From Octopus bimaculoides (lineage: Eukaryota), in assembly GCF_001194135.2 (NCBI RefSeq), contig NC_068985.1, positions 16,715,911-16,779,910 on the forward strand: 64,000 bases of DNA. Reading direction: 5' to 3'. Positions within the stretch are counted from its first letter, which is position 1; the number at the start of each line of letters is the position of its first letter. The position numbers were made by a program, and so were the translations under genes. The notes beneath the pieces were generated by a model. The model did not search any database. It had not been told where the DNA came from and worked only from the letters and a program-made list of their open reading frames with translations. This document shows, in pieces, positions 1-13,090 of the stretch.

Positions 1-17
1 TTCTACTACTACTACTT

Positions 18-65
<48 letters not shown>

Positions 66-84
66 TTACTACTACTACTACTAT

Positions 85-181
<97 letters not shown>

Positions 182-240
182 GTTGCTACAGCTACAGCTG
201 CTGCCGCCACCACCACCACCACCACTATTGCGGCACTTGC
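1..240. repeat. Compound trinucleotide microsatellite (CTA)n/(ATA)n/(CAC)n
   Basis: Direct: ctactacta... to ~140, then aataataat to ~178, then GCT/CAC triplets. Confidence 0.95.
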
Positions 241-622
241 TCCTGCTGCCACTCAAGCATTCCTGACTCACTCAACTCTCTTTCTCTCATCACCCATACT
301 ACGTGTCCACCTCAGGCTCTGTGCTAACCACTACGTCCAATCCTGTTTTTCTCTGGAAATTCCTTCCATGCACATGATCTTCCAGCAATTATTAACATGC
401 AATTGTTCAAGAGGAATATTATTCACGTCTACGTTAACAATCTCAGAAGCCCTGCAAAGGTCAACAGGTACAGCCCATTAAGACCGATCGAAAAAAAAAA
501 AATTGGAGAAGTGAAAAGACTTGGAGCCTCATCTACAAACAATATTGAAAAGGTCATGAATTAAAAGGGTTTGCTTACCAAAACTCAGAACCAAAAATCA
601 ATTCCCTGAAAAAATATCATTA

Positions 623-1210
623 ATTGGTTTCAGGTTCAGTCCCACTGCACAGCACCTTGGGTAAGTGCCTTCTACTATAGTCCCAGGTCAACCAATTCCT
701 TGTGAGGAAATTCGGTAGATAGAAATTGTCTGGACGTCTGTTGTATATGCGTGCACGTGTGTGTGTGTGTGTGTTTGTCCCCATTACCATCACCTGACAA
801 CTGCTGCTGGTTTGTTTACATCCCTGTAATTTAAGGATTTGGTAAAAGAGACCTTTTCTAGGCTGACCAATTCCTTATGAGTGAATTTGGTACACAGACA
901 TTGGTGTAGAAGCCTGTCATATACGTGTGCATTTATGCATGTGTATATGTGTCTGTGTTTGTCTCCCGTCACCAACACCACCACCACCACTGCTGCCACC
1001 GCCACCAGCACTACTACCACCTGACAGCCTATGTTGGTTTGTTTACATTCCTGAACTTTAATGGTTTATCCAAAGAGACCAACAGAAGTGCTAGATTTTA
1101 AAAAAATAAGTACTGGTGTCAATTTGTTCAACTAAAGCCCTTAAGGCAGTGCCCCAGCATGGCCACAATCCAATGACTAAGACAACTAAAAGATAAAAGT
1201 AAAAAGATAG
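623..1210 (+). mobile_element. Degenerate tRNA-derived CORE-type SINE (family A)
   Basis: ggttcagtcccactgcacagcaccttgggtaagtg (B box plus CORE-like) and 3' ccagcatggccacaatccaatgactaagacaactaaaagat, as in the copies at 5598 and 22020. Confidence 0.75.
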
Positions 1211-1754
1211 AGGTGAGACATTTCAAATATTGAATATTGATGACATAAAAACTCCACATATTGCTCCTGGTGTAGCCCTGGATCAATCCAAATTAAACCA
1301 GCCTATGATCAAAAGATGTTCTAACCATGACCATCCTGTTCTTTTATTGACCTCTTGAACTACATTACCTAACATGTCCTTCCTATTTTTAAGATGGCTG
1401 GGTGTGATTTGTAAGAGATTCTGTTGTTATTTCTAGCAGATGTAGTGACCATGAAGAGGTTCACTAGCATTATTGTTGTTTAGATCCTGGCCATCTTTGA
1501 CTAAGCAAACCTGCAATCAAAAGTGTTCCAGCTGCAACCATCCTGTTTCTTTTAGAGATTTGGCTACTATTTCTAGTGTGCCAAATGACAATTTAAAGGC
1601 TTCCTGGTGTTGTGACTGGATGTCATTACAAAACTATTGATACCCAATCATTGCTAAATAAAACTTTCATTCAGCCAATTTGCTACAATATTAAGAAGAA
1701 TTAAACTGTCAGATTATTTTTATTACTATTATTATCATTAAGAAAAAAGACAAC

Positions 1755-1930
1755 AAGCTGGCAGAATTGTTAGCATGCCGGGTGAAATGCTTAGCGGTAT
1801 TTCATCTGTTGCTACGTTCTGAGTTCAAATTCTGCCAAGGTCAACTTTGCCTTTCATCCTTTCGGGGTCAATAAAATAAGTACCAACTGAACACTGGGGT
1901 CGATGTAATTGACTAATCCTTTCCCCCAAA
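1755..1930 (+). mobile_element. tRNA-derived SINE family B
   Basis: agctggcagaattgttagc...gagttcaaattctgccaaggtcaactttgcctttcatcctttcggggtcaataaaataagtacca; matches the copy at 30209. Confidence 0.85.
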
Positions 1931-2119
1931 AACACTGGTTGTCTTGTAATGGTGGGAGACAAACACCAACACAAAAACACACACACATAAATATTAATAT
2001 ATATATATATATATATATAACTTTCCAACCCATGTTAGCATGGAAAGCGGACGTTAAACGATGATATATATATAACAGCTTATTCCAGTCTTTGTCCACT
2101 ATTCAGTACATGGATCTTT

Positions 2120-2535
2120 ATCTTCTATATTATATTTGTTTCAGTTAGTGCAGTGGCCATGCTGAAGCACCCCCTTGAAGGGTTTTAGTCACATAAATCA
2201 ACACCAGTATTCATTTTTACATCTGGCACTTAGCCTATTGGTCCCTTTCACCAAGCTTCTAAATAATGTGGACATAAACAAACCAGGACTGGTTGTCAAG
2301 CAGTGTTGGGTGACAAACACAACCACACACATCCACCATCCCCACACACGTGCACACATGCACACACACATGTATATATACATATACAACAGGCTTCCAC
2401 ACAGTTTCCATCAACCAAGATATTGGTTGGTCCAGAGCAATGCTAGAGGACATGTGCTCAAGTTGACAAGCTGTGGAACTGAACCTGAAACCACACAGTT
2501 GCAAAGCAAGCTTTTTAACCATACGTCCATACCTG
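2120..2535 (-). mobile_element. SINE family A, reverse orientation
   Basis: Reverse complement of family A body and tail (gtttcagttagtgcagtggccatgctg ... ggaactgaacctgaaaccac). Confidence 0.75.
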
Positions 2536-2711
2536 TATAGAAATTGATTATTGATTGCTGTAAGAGTGGAATCATTAATTTTGTGGGGGGAGAGGGGAAT
2601 CTTTAATATCAAATAAAAAGAGGTGTTTGAGCTAATAACTGATGGTCAGTGGTGCTGCAGCTGAGGTTGATCAAGTATTGTTGCTTAATCAAGAAGTTTA
2701 TTCTTGAAATA

Positions 2712-3050
2712 TGAAGGTGCATGGCTCAGTGGTTAGAGCGTCGAGTTTACGATCATGAGGTTGTGAGTTCGAATCCAGGACCGGGCTGTGTGCTGTGTTC
2801 TTGAGCAAGACACTTCATTTCACATTGCTCCTGTTCACTCAGCTGTAGAAATGAGTTGCAACATCACTGGTGCCAAGCTGTTTCAGCCTTTGCCTTTCCC
2901 TTGGATAACACTGGTGGCGTGGAGAGGGGAGGCCAGTATGCATGGGCGACTGCTGGTCTTCCATAAAACAACCTTGCCCAGACTTGTGCCTGAGAGGGTA
3001 ACTTTCTAGGTACAATCCCATGATCAGTCATGACTGAAGGGTGTCTCAAT
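2712..3050 (+). mobile_element. tRNA-derived SINE family E (CORE-like)
   Basis: A box tggctcagtggtt, B box gagttcgaatcc, then ttcttgagcaagacactt; related heads at ~7105 and ~10230. Confidence 0.75.
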
Positions 3051-4497
3051 ATTCTTGAAATAACACTTGTTTAATAGATACTCACTGTATTATATATGTT
3101 GTCATTAACTTGACTATTGTTTCTCATGCAGATGACATCACTGAGTAATTTATTCTCTAAAATGTGCCAATTTTTACACCAGCTCAACAACAGTAGTTTA
3201 CATTTACATAGTGATGCTCTCATTGCTTCTTCGACAAATAATGCGAAGTTGATATTTTGTCTCCCATACATGCCAGAATGATTAAAATAATATTAGTTAT
3301 TGAACGATATTGTCTTTGCCACCTACCTAATTATTTCTAATTGGCTTTGTGATAACACTAACTTAACTATTGTTTTTCCATGTGGCTGGTGTCTGATTAA
3401 TTTGTCAGATAAATAAAGAATTGCTTCCGCTAATAATATCATCTCATTCGGTTTCATGTCTATCATTGTATTGCAGAAAAATCTTTAAAACTTAAATTAT
3501 AATCTTTGCTTAAAATCTTAAATTATAATTTAATCATTATTTTCATCGTCAACATCATTTTAATGTCCACATATCCATATTTGCATGGGTCAGACTGAGT
3601 TTATGGAGGCAGATTTTCTGCAGCTAGATAGATGCCTTTCCTGTCTCCATCCTCACCTATTTCCAAGCAAGGCAATATTTCCTCATGGTCAGACTTGCCT
3701 TCAAAGAAAGGAATGAAAGTAAACTGTAACACATTAAAAATGAACTACAACACTATTGACAACTAAAGAGTTGGTGATGGAGGTGAAGATAGGGAAAAAG
3801 ATGAAAAACAGAAAGTAAGTGAACAGGAGTTAGGATGAGTAAAGGATAAATACCATCAGAGATTATTATAAAACTGTTTGCTGATTATGGTAGATTTAAT
3901 CTATCCATTGGGAGCATTTATTGTGCTTTAAGCATTTAGACCAGGTCTCCTGTTTGAAGATGACAAGATCTTTCTTTCTTCCCCTACACCAGTCTCAAAA
4001 GCCCTTTAAAATTACCATGGGCATTTCCAATTCTGCTCTGACTAAGTAAACCATAAAATGAAAATGTTTCCATGTGTTTTATCTAGAGACAAGAAGAAGG
4101 TAGTCAGATACAGAAAAACAGTGGGACAGAGGAAATAGGGGAAAGGAGAGAGAGAGAGAGGAGGAGAGAATTAACAAGAAACAGGAGGGGAGGAAGAGAA
4201 GGAAAAATTAATGAATGAGAGAGAGAAACAGAGATAGAAAGATAAAGAGCGTGAGAGAGAAGTAGCTACTGTGAAAAAAATGTGGGGAGAAGAATGAGCG
4301 CCAGAAGATTATGATTATTACTGCATCTCATTTGTAATAGCGAAGGTAAGCAATGGTTCCTCTGAAATAATTGGCCAGAACTTCGAAGTCACTGTCACTC
4401 TACAAAAGTATGGAGTAATCCTTCCCATTAATGTAAAACCTTTTTTTTATAACTGAACATAAAAACACACATTAATGTGTGTGTGTGTGTGTGTGTG

Positions 4498-4547
<50 letters not shown>

Positions 4548-5064
4548 GTAATTGTTTAACCCCAGGCCAGCTCTGATCCAGAAGCCTGTGAGCTAAGGCA
4601 TTTTGACAACAATCATCTTGCTTTCCATTCAGACACAGTATATCGAAGATTATATTATTCAATGTATCACTTTTTTTTTTAAGATATGTGGATGAGAATG
4701 GAGGGAGATTTGTCTGTTATTTCCACCAAAGCTCTCTTAATGGTTCATATTTATATTGTGGTAGATTAGCAGAATTGGTAGAACATGTAACAAAATACCT
4801 TGTGGTATTTTGGTTACATCCCTTAACACTCTGAGTTCAAACTTCACCCAGATCAACTTCCTTTCCTTCATTCCAAGACCATTAAAATACGTACTACATG
4901 AAGTGCAGGGGTTAATATAATTGACAAAAGTAGCATTAATGGTGATGATCCAACATGGCTGCAGTTTAATAACAAGGAAACAGAAAAATGGAAAAAAGAA
5001 TATGGATAACAGTTTCTTCACAATGAAATTTTGTTGACAGATATTTAACAAGTGAAATTGTTGT

Positions 5065-5335
5065 GATGGCCGATGCCAGTATCACCTGACTGGCACGTAA
5101 AAAGCACCATTCGAGCGTGGTCAATGCCAGTGCCACCTGACTGGCTTCTGTGCCAGTGGCACGTAAAAAGCACCCACTACAATCTCAGAGTGATTGGCAT
5201 TAGGAAGGGCATCAAGTTGTAGAAACTTTGCTAGATCAGATTGGAGCATGGTGCAGCCTCCTGGCTTGCCAGTCCTCAGTCAAACCGTCCAACCCATGGA
5301 AAGCGGATGCTAAACAATGATGATAATGATGATGA
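5065..5335 (+). mobile_element. Family C repeat (SINE/LINE-tail type) with two ~64-bp internal units and (GAT)n tail
   Basis: gccagt..actggc..gtggcacgtaaaaagcac units, then taggaagggcatc...gtccaacccatggaaagcggatgctaaacaatgatgat. Confidence 0.85.
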
Positions 5336-5597
5336 TGTTGGATCATATAACCTATATTCTTCCATTCTATTTGATTAAAATGTATTGAACCAATGAAGAA
5401 TTGAACCTCAAATCACACCCCATCATCTTAGTAAAGAATACATTGCATAATGTGGTCTTGGATTCCATGTACCAAGTTAAAAGACAGAATGCTTACAGAT
5501 GTAACGCCTTCATTATAGGTCAGTTCAAAAAGGACCGACTAAGGGTTAAGCACCAACAGCAACGACCAAAATACCTTATGTAACTTCAAAAATATGA

Positions 5598-5756
5598 GTA
5601 GTAGCTGTGTGGTAAGTAGCTTGCTTACAAACCACATGGTTCTGGGTTCAGTCCCACTGTGTGGCACCTTGGGCAAGTGTCTTCTACTATAGCCTCGGGC
5701 CGACCAAAGCCTTGTGAATGGATTTGGTAGATGGAAACTAAAAGAATCCCATCGTA

Positions 5757-5839
<83 letters not shown>

Positions 5840-6087
5840 ATTTATATATATGTATGTATGTATGTGTGTATGTTTGTGTGTCTGTGTTTGTCCCCCCCCC
5901 CAACATCGCTTGACAACCGATGCTGGTGTGTTTACTTCCCCATAACTTAGCAGTTCAGCGTAAGTGACTGATAGAATAAGTACTAGGCTGACAAAGAATA
6001 AGTCCTGGGGTCGATTTGCTCAACTAAAGGTGGTGCATCAGCATGGCCACAGTCAAATGAATGAAACAAGTAAAAGAGTAAAAGAGT
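5598..6087 (+). mobile_element. Full-length SINE family A (resembles octopus OR-type CORE-SINEs) with internal (TA)n expansion
   Basis: Pol III A box (tagctgtgtgg), B box (ggttcagtccc), CORE-like ggcaccttgggcaagtg, (AAAGAGTA)n tail. Family name recalled, not searched. Confidence 0.9.
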
Positions 6088-7354
6088 CATGGAGCGCCTC
6101 TGCAGCAAAAATCCTATTCTGTTCTGGTCCCCTTCTCTCATACTTTAACCTTTCGTCTCCTAGAATAAAGCTGCATCTCCTTTTGGGGTCTGTAGTCTTG
6201 CAAGCTGCATTGGATCCTCATTTGTACTGGTGGCATGAAAAAAGGCAACTAGTACTCAATGTAGAGTGGTTGGCATTAGGAAGGGCATCAAGCCATAGAA
6301 ACCATGCCAAAGCAGACACTGGAGCACAATGATCTCCTTAGAGCCCTTTGGATCCAGTCAAACTGTTCAACTTATACAACCATGGAATATAAACGATGAT
6401 GATGATGATGACGATGATGATGATGCTGATGCTGATGATTAAATAGCATTATGTTTCATGAAATAGTTTCTCGAGTTTCACTTGAAAAGCCAAACTTTCC
6501 TTACAGTTTCTTTCTTTCTTTTTTGTTCTTTCTTTCCTTATTTATTTATTTATATTTATTCATTTTGTGTAGACAGGCTGTGCTAAAGACTACCCCACAT
6601 TTCCCAGAATAAAAGACAAGACAAAAAATGTGACACACTATAAAGTGACAATTATATCTCTTTCTCAACAGTAGCGTTTTACAATGGCCTACTTCATATT
6701 CTGACTAAAGGTTCAATGTGCAAGAGAGGGAGAGAGAGGGGATCGAGGAGAGAGAAACAGAGACAGAGAGACTATGTGGTAGCACAATCTGCAAGAAATA
6801 ACAGCTGAATTCATTCAAACCATATTCTATTAAACTGAAAAAATGGGTTTGATATACACTGTTCCAAGGTGGAAAAAAATAAGATGGGATGGTCACTACT
6901 TGAATATTTCTGATCTTAGGTCAGTTCAATTAAAACCAACTTGGAGCTAAACAACAACAAAACAACAAAAAAAAACCAATAGCAACAACTAAAGAGTAAA
7001 TACAGATTACAGGGTTATAAATATATGTTTATATAGTGTTTATATATTTGCTTATTTATCTAAAAGACTAAGACATTTAATATTTATTACAATAAGGTAT
7101 TGCGGAAATGCATGGCTTAGTGTGTTGCACCCATGATTGTAAGATTGTGGTTTTGATTCCTCGACTGGGTGGTGCGTTGTGTTCTTGAGCAAGACATTTC
7201 ATTTTACTCTAGTCCACTTAGCTGGCAAAAATAAGTGATCTTGCAATGGACCGGCATCTTGTCCAGTGGTGGAATATGTATGCTACAGAATCCAGAAAAC
7301 TGGCCTTATGAGCCTATAGCTCAGAAAGGATCTTTGATGTTTTTTCTACAATTA

Positions 7355-7774
7355 CCGTAAATCCTCGAATATAATCCGCACTTTTTTCCCAAAATTTAAA
7401 GGTCAAAATTTCTTGTGCGTACTATATACGAGGTTAAAAATGAAAAATATTTTCTAAGCAAAATTTTCTAAGTGATGAATATATAAAGGCAATTTACTTA
7501 ATATTTATCTTTCACTGACGTTATTACTGTTATTTCTTTATTTTCTGCAAACAAAGTGCACAAAAAAGCTACACGATTATGTTATATATACAATAATAAT
7601 AAAGGACGTTACCGTATATATGTTTACAAACTAAGGACATTATATAGACCTCCTTGACTCAAGTTAGAGAAGGGGTGCGTATTATACACAAGGTTTAGGT
7701 TTTTCAGAGGTACAGCCCCCTAAAAATCCCCTGTGTATTATACTTAAGGGCGAACTATACTCGAGGATTTACGG
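7355..7774. mobile_element. pogo/Tc1-mariner-type MITE
   Basis: TIRs ccgtaaatcctcga(a/g)tata at both ends; TA target duplication at 7353-7354 and 7775-7776. Confidence 0.9.
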
Positions 7775-8696
7775 TATGTTGTTTGTTCCTTCTTGAATCA
7801 TGACTAGCTCATAAGGGCTGGTTTCTTGGTTTCATTGGCATATAGGTTCCCCACCTGGATGGGATGCCAGTCCATCGCAGGTGAGCTGCTAGATGAAGGA
7901 GGAAAGAAAGTTGTGGTGAAAATACCTTCTACCAGAGCTGTGTGAAGCTTAGGTGTTTCACTCATAAACACACACATCACCCAGTCGGAGATTCGAACTC
8001 ATGATCCCTTGACTATGAGTCTACTGCTCTAACCACTAGGCCATTTGCCTCCACTTTCACAACTATAATTATTAATTAATCACAATCATCATTATCATTA
8101 TTATTTAACATTTATTGGCATGAGATGGATGGTTCAACAGGGCCCAACTAGCTTGAGGGCTGCACTGGTCCCCAGTGTCTGTTTTGACAATGTTTCTATG
8201 ACTGAATGCCCTTCCTTCAAACACCAACCTATAATAACTCACAAACAACAACCTATAATAATCTACAAGCACCAGCTTACAAAAACCTACAAATACTAAT
8301 TTGCAGTAGCCTACAAACAGCAACCTACAAGCAGAAGTAATGAAACAGTAATGTGAACTGTAAGACATGCTCTTAAAGTTTTCCCACCAAACCTCACGAC
8401 TTTGATTATTATCTGCTGAAGACTTTACTTAATCATCATGCAGCATCTCAGAGATGACACATTGCTCCTGTTGAGACATAACTTCTTATTAGAGCCTTAG
8501 GCACTGTTGTAAATACACTTTGGAGATTAGCAAGCATAAAATATAATAAAAAAACTGGAATAGTAAAATATTTGGTGCATGTAAAAAGAAATACAGTATA
8601 TGTAAAAGTACATGTAAAAGGAAAAGGATATATAAAGTAGTCATAAAATACAGTTGGAATCCATCAAACTAATTGTTCCATCACAANNNNNNNNNN

Positions 8697-8731
<35 letters not shown>

Positions 8732-9704
8732 GATATATAAAGTAGTCATAAAATACAGTTGGAATCCATCAAACTAATTGTTCCATCACAAGGGGAGATT
8801 TTTATATGTACTTTTTACTATAAAAATTGATTCAATGTTTTCTTTTGTCTCTCCTGTGTAGATGACAATCTCAAGTGAAGCTAATGTTTCAACTGCAGAG
8901 AAAGTAAAGGTCCACTACAAGATGTCAACTTCTGAACACAAAGTCTCAGTCATATAAATAGTTATCTACAAAAATTCTAGTTCTAATGTATTAACAAATT
9001 CTAACACCTGATAATACTTCATAATGAAGCAATCATTTTGTTGGATATTAGAAAGACATTTTGTTTATAGAAGAATAATTGATATATTGAACAGTGGTAA
9101 TTGTCATATGATACAACTAATAATGATTATAACATGTAGTTATCTCTTCTTTTCATCACAAAGTTTAGTCCTTGTTGCAGTATGGTAGCTTGAATGTTTT
9201 AACGACCCTAATGGATATGTTAGTAGAGCGCAAGTTCCTAGTAGCACCTTCCATGCAGGACAGATAAAAGGACAGAGGCCAGACTAATATGAACCACCTC
9301 TTCCCAGAGGTAAAAATGGGTTTATGTAGGACCAACAGCCTTATCTTGAAAAAAGCAAAGGTGCAGAAGCACTGATGACAGTTCAAAACCAATAAGACCA
9401 GGGAATGGAAGGACAGCCCAGACTTGAGAACAATGGAGAAAAGTCAGCAATGACCTATGCTCTACTAGGAGCAAAGGGCTTAAGTAAGTTGTATCTCTCC
9501 TTAAATACTGTGACCAACAGAGGGCCTCTTTACAGGGATTAGTTTTTCAACAGTGTTCGATGAGAGCCTTATACTTCTTTAACTATATTACTTAAGTAGG
9601 TGGTGAACTGGCAGAGTTGTTAAAGCATTTAACAGAATACCAAACGGTGGTTGTTCTGATACTCTGCACTCTGAGTTCAAATCTCACCAAGGTCATTTGA
9701 TATT

Positions 9705-10025
9705 GTTGTATGGGACCACAAGGAAAAGATATGTTCTGTAGTGGAAATTAGTTACTCTCTGGACACCAACATGGTCTGAAAAATACAAGAGAAAGAGGAC
9801 ATCTATTGATCATTAATAAGGAGTTTGCAAATCCAGTACCCAAGACCCACTTTCAGCTTCACACTATTGGAGCAACAGGATACATACCAACCGTTCTGGA
9901 GCAAAGTATGGCTGAACTTGAGTCCTTGTGGGGAAGAATGCAAAGGCTTAATTCATACTCTGCAAATGATCATGATATCTGGGACTATAAAAATCTGCAA
10001 GACCTTTTTAAGATATAAGGGATGA
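9705..10025 (+). mobile_element. 3' fragment of RLE-type non-LTR retrotransposon (restriction-like endonuclease region)
   Basis: Frameshifted peptides VWDHKEKICSVVEIS.., TIGATGYIP and LQMIMISGTIKICKTFLRY resemble the C-terminus of RLE-clade ORFs. Confidence 0.65.
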
Positions 10026-10094
10026 TGAACAAAAGAAGATGCTTTCCTTCACAACTTTCCTACCAAATGGGTGGTCAATCAAGATTTATTCTTG

Positions 10095-10168
<74 letters not shown>

Positions 10169-10875
10169 CATATATATACATATACGCATACATACATATA
10201 TATATATAGATAGATAGATAGATAGACAGGTGAAGGTGCATGGCTTAGTGGGTAAGGTATTCAGCTGATGATTATAAGGTCATGAGTTCAATTTCCAGTA
10301 GTACATTGTATCTTTGAGCAAGACACTTTATTTTCACATTGCTCCAATCTACTCAGCTGGCAAAAATGAGTCGTATCTGTACTTTAAAGGGCCAACCTTG
10401 TCACATCCTGTATTACACTGAATCTCCCTGAGAACTATGCTAAGTGTACGGGTGTCCGTGGAGTACTCAGCCACTTGTAGGTTAATTTCATGAGTAGACT
10501 GTTCCATTGATTGAATCAACTGGGACCCTTGTCATTGGAGTACACACACACACACACACACACACATATTGCTCAAGTCTGACAGTGTGGTAAAAAGTTT
10601 ACTTCCCAACAGCATGGTTCTGGTTTCAATCTCACTGTGTAGTAAGTTGGCCAGGTGTTCCACTGCTGTAGCCCTAAAACCTGTGGTATATATATATATA
10701 TATAACAGCCAACGATCCAAAATATTCATCTTCTTCTTCCAGCACATTGTTTCTTATGGGAGCAGACATGGCTGACACCACTGATACAAGATAGGTAGAT
10801 CCTGTGGCACTAAAGGCACTGAAAGTGACTCCGAACAACACCCACAGGTGGTTGATGATGTGATGATGACATCTT

Positions 10876-11170
10876 TTAGTAGCCCACGTTCTTAACCACT
10901 ACGCCATATGCCCATGGGTATATGGTGTAGTGGTTAAGAGCGCGGGCTACTAACCCCAAGATTCTGAGTTCGATTCTAGGCAGTGATCTGAATAATAATA
11001 ATAATAATAATAACAACATCGAAAAATACCTTAGGAATGAGAACCCAGGTTCGAAATTTTCCCAAGACACCTGATGAAGGCTGGAGGGTATATCAGCCAA
11101 AGCATTTTGTTAACAACAAGCAGGATGAGGACAAATATCCGTCAATTGTAAATAATGTACATAATTCCTC
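10876..11170 (+). mobile_element. tRNA-headed non-autonomous element with head-to-head inversion and Penelope-like, hammerhead-like 3' part
   Basis: 78-bp palindrome at 10876-10953; A/B boxes tggtgtagtggtt and gagttcgattc; acacCTGATGAaggctg..cagcc at 11067-11098. Confidence 0.6.
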
Positions 11171-12330
11171 ATCTCTTAAATATAGAACTGTATTATCTCC
11201 CCCTTTCTTCATGCAGTCTCTTGCATTCAATTTCAAAGTGCTCTACTCTAGCATTACACATGCGCGCGTGCGTGTGTGCGTGCGTATGTGTGTGTGTGTA
11301 GAATGCAAAATAAAAAACTAAACTGTCAAACTGGATTATGGTAGACTTTTATGACTTCCCATTTAGTTTTCCCTGAATACTCGAAGTGTGTCTTGATAGC
11401 TGATATCTTTATATTAATATGCAACAACAACAAAAGAAAACAGAATAGAGTACTGTCTTCAAGGTATATTTAAAACAAACAAATTCAGTCTGAATCCTCA
11501 AAAAAGGAAAAGAATCTGTTGGTAAAATATCTTGCAAGTACAATTGGAATGCAAACGTACTATTAGTCAAATCAAAGCATATTAGTATTTTTGGATGACA
11601 TAAACAAAGCTATATATTATTGATAACAGGTTTTAGAAAAAGTTACACAAGTTTGAGCAAAATAAGATGTTTAAAAAATAGCACTTCAAAACATTCCTTA
11701 GTCTTTATTCAATTGAAAATGTTGGTGCATGTAACTGTAAATTGCTAAAAGGGATTTTCAGATTGTCAATGATTAAAGAAAGTGCATAAATTATTTCTTA
11801 AGGAATCTGGTTAATCCCTGTTCTGTTTAGAAGATTGCTAAATATTTATCTTTACTCTAAATGTCAAGAACTAAAACCATCTTACAGAATTGAAATTGGT
11901 TCTCAGCTCTTTTATTTTTGGGTGACAAACATAGGATCGAGATTTTATGCTGTATAACTACCATGAAAAATTCTACTTTGCTGGATTCTTATCATGCATA
12001 TAATGTTGGTTGAACGTTTGCTAAAAAAACTCAAAATCCGTGCCGCAGAATACCACATTATGATCACTGTTCCAGAGCTGTCATTGTTTGACGTCCTATT
12101 TCTTTAGTATGATTTGTCATTTAGCTTTTTTTCAATGTCATTTAGATAGATTTAATTAAGCTTTTCTATGATAATTAATCTAATTCTAACCTACTTAATG
12201 TTTTGGGCCTAATTTTCTGTCAGTGGGACAGAGATTAGGTAACTTGCGCACAGTATGTGATGATATTATTATCTAAGAAGCTGATACTTCATAATAACAT
12301 GATACATAATTTATTAATTAGAATAACTAA

Positions 12331-12546
12331 GGCAGCAAACTGGCAGAAATGTTAACACGACGGGCAAAATGCTTACTTCGGTATTTCGTCTGTCTTTATG
12401 TTCTGAGTTCAAATTCCGCCAAGGTCAACTTTGCCTTTCATCCTTTCAGGGTCAATAAATTAAGTACCAGTTGTGTACTGGAGTCAATCTAATCGACTAG
12501 CTCCCTCCCCAGAAATTTCATGCCTTGTGCCGAGAGTAGAAAAGAT
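12331..12546 (+). mobile_element. SINE family B
   Basis: Same head and ctttgcctttcatcctttc core as 30209. Confidence 0.9.
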
Positions 12547-12689
12547 CAATTAGAAAACCTAATTTGAGGATAATAGAGTTGTAATACAGAATGCAATGTA
12601 AATTCACTTTGCATAGCTATCATTGTAAAAGTGAATGTTTTTCTTGACCTATAAGGAATGAAAACAACACCTAATGTAGATATTCAAAC

Positions 12690-13090
12690 ACTTGCATGTG
12701 TGTTCGTGTGTGTACATGCATATGTGTTTGTATGTATGTGCATGTTTGTGCATATGTGTGTATATGTGCATGTATATGTGTATGTGTGTGTGTCTATGTG
12801 CATGTGTGTGTGTATGTCTATGTGCATGTGTGTATGTGCGTGTACATGACTATATACACGTGTATATGTGTATACACATGACTATGTATACTTGTGCATG
12901 TGTGTATGTGTGTGTTCATGCATGTGTTGTTCATACATGTGTGTGTTTGTGCATGTGCATATGTGTTTATGTGCAGTATGTGCATGTGTTAATGTAGTGT
13001 ATATCTGTGTTTATGTGTATATATGTATGCACATGTGATTGTGCATGTGTGTGTGATGATGTACATGTGCATGTCTATGTGTGCAGTTAT
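12690..13090. repeat. Degenerate (TG/TA/CA) dinucleotide array
   Basis: gtgtatgtgcat-type low-complexity sequence; source of several spurious V/C/M/Y ORFs. Confidence 0.95.

Noticed and set aside
5625-5950. ORF-track proteins rich in YI/CV/HT repeats (here and at 790, 2175, 10022, 12658-12997, 13797-14443, 21436, 24568-25141, 38674-39141)
   Set aside because: Read-through of dinucleotide/trinucleotide microsatellites, SINE bodies or N-gaps; not protein-like.
8622-8791. Exact 65-bp direct repeat (8622-8686 and 8727-8791)
   Set aside because: The copies flank a 10-N gap and a (TA)n tract; most likely unmerged overlapping contig ends.
10920-10985. tRNA-like sequences with A/B boxes (also 2712, 5598, 22020, 30209)
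   Set aside because: No complete cloverleaf or acceptor stem, and they continue into repeat bodies; these are SINE heads, not tRNA genes.
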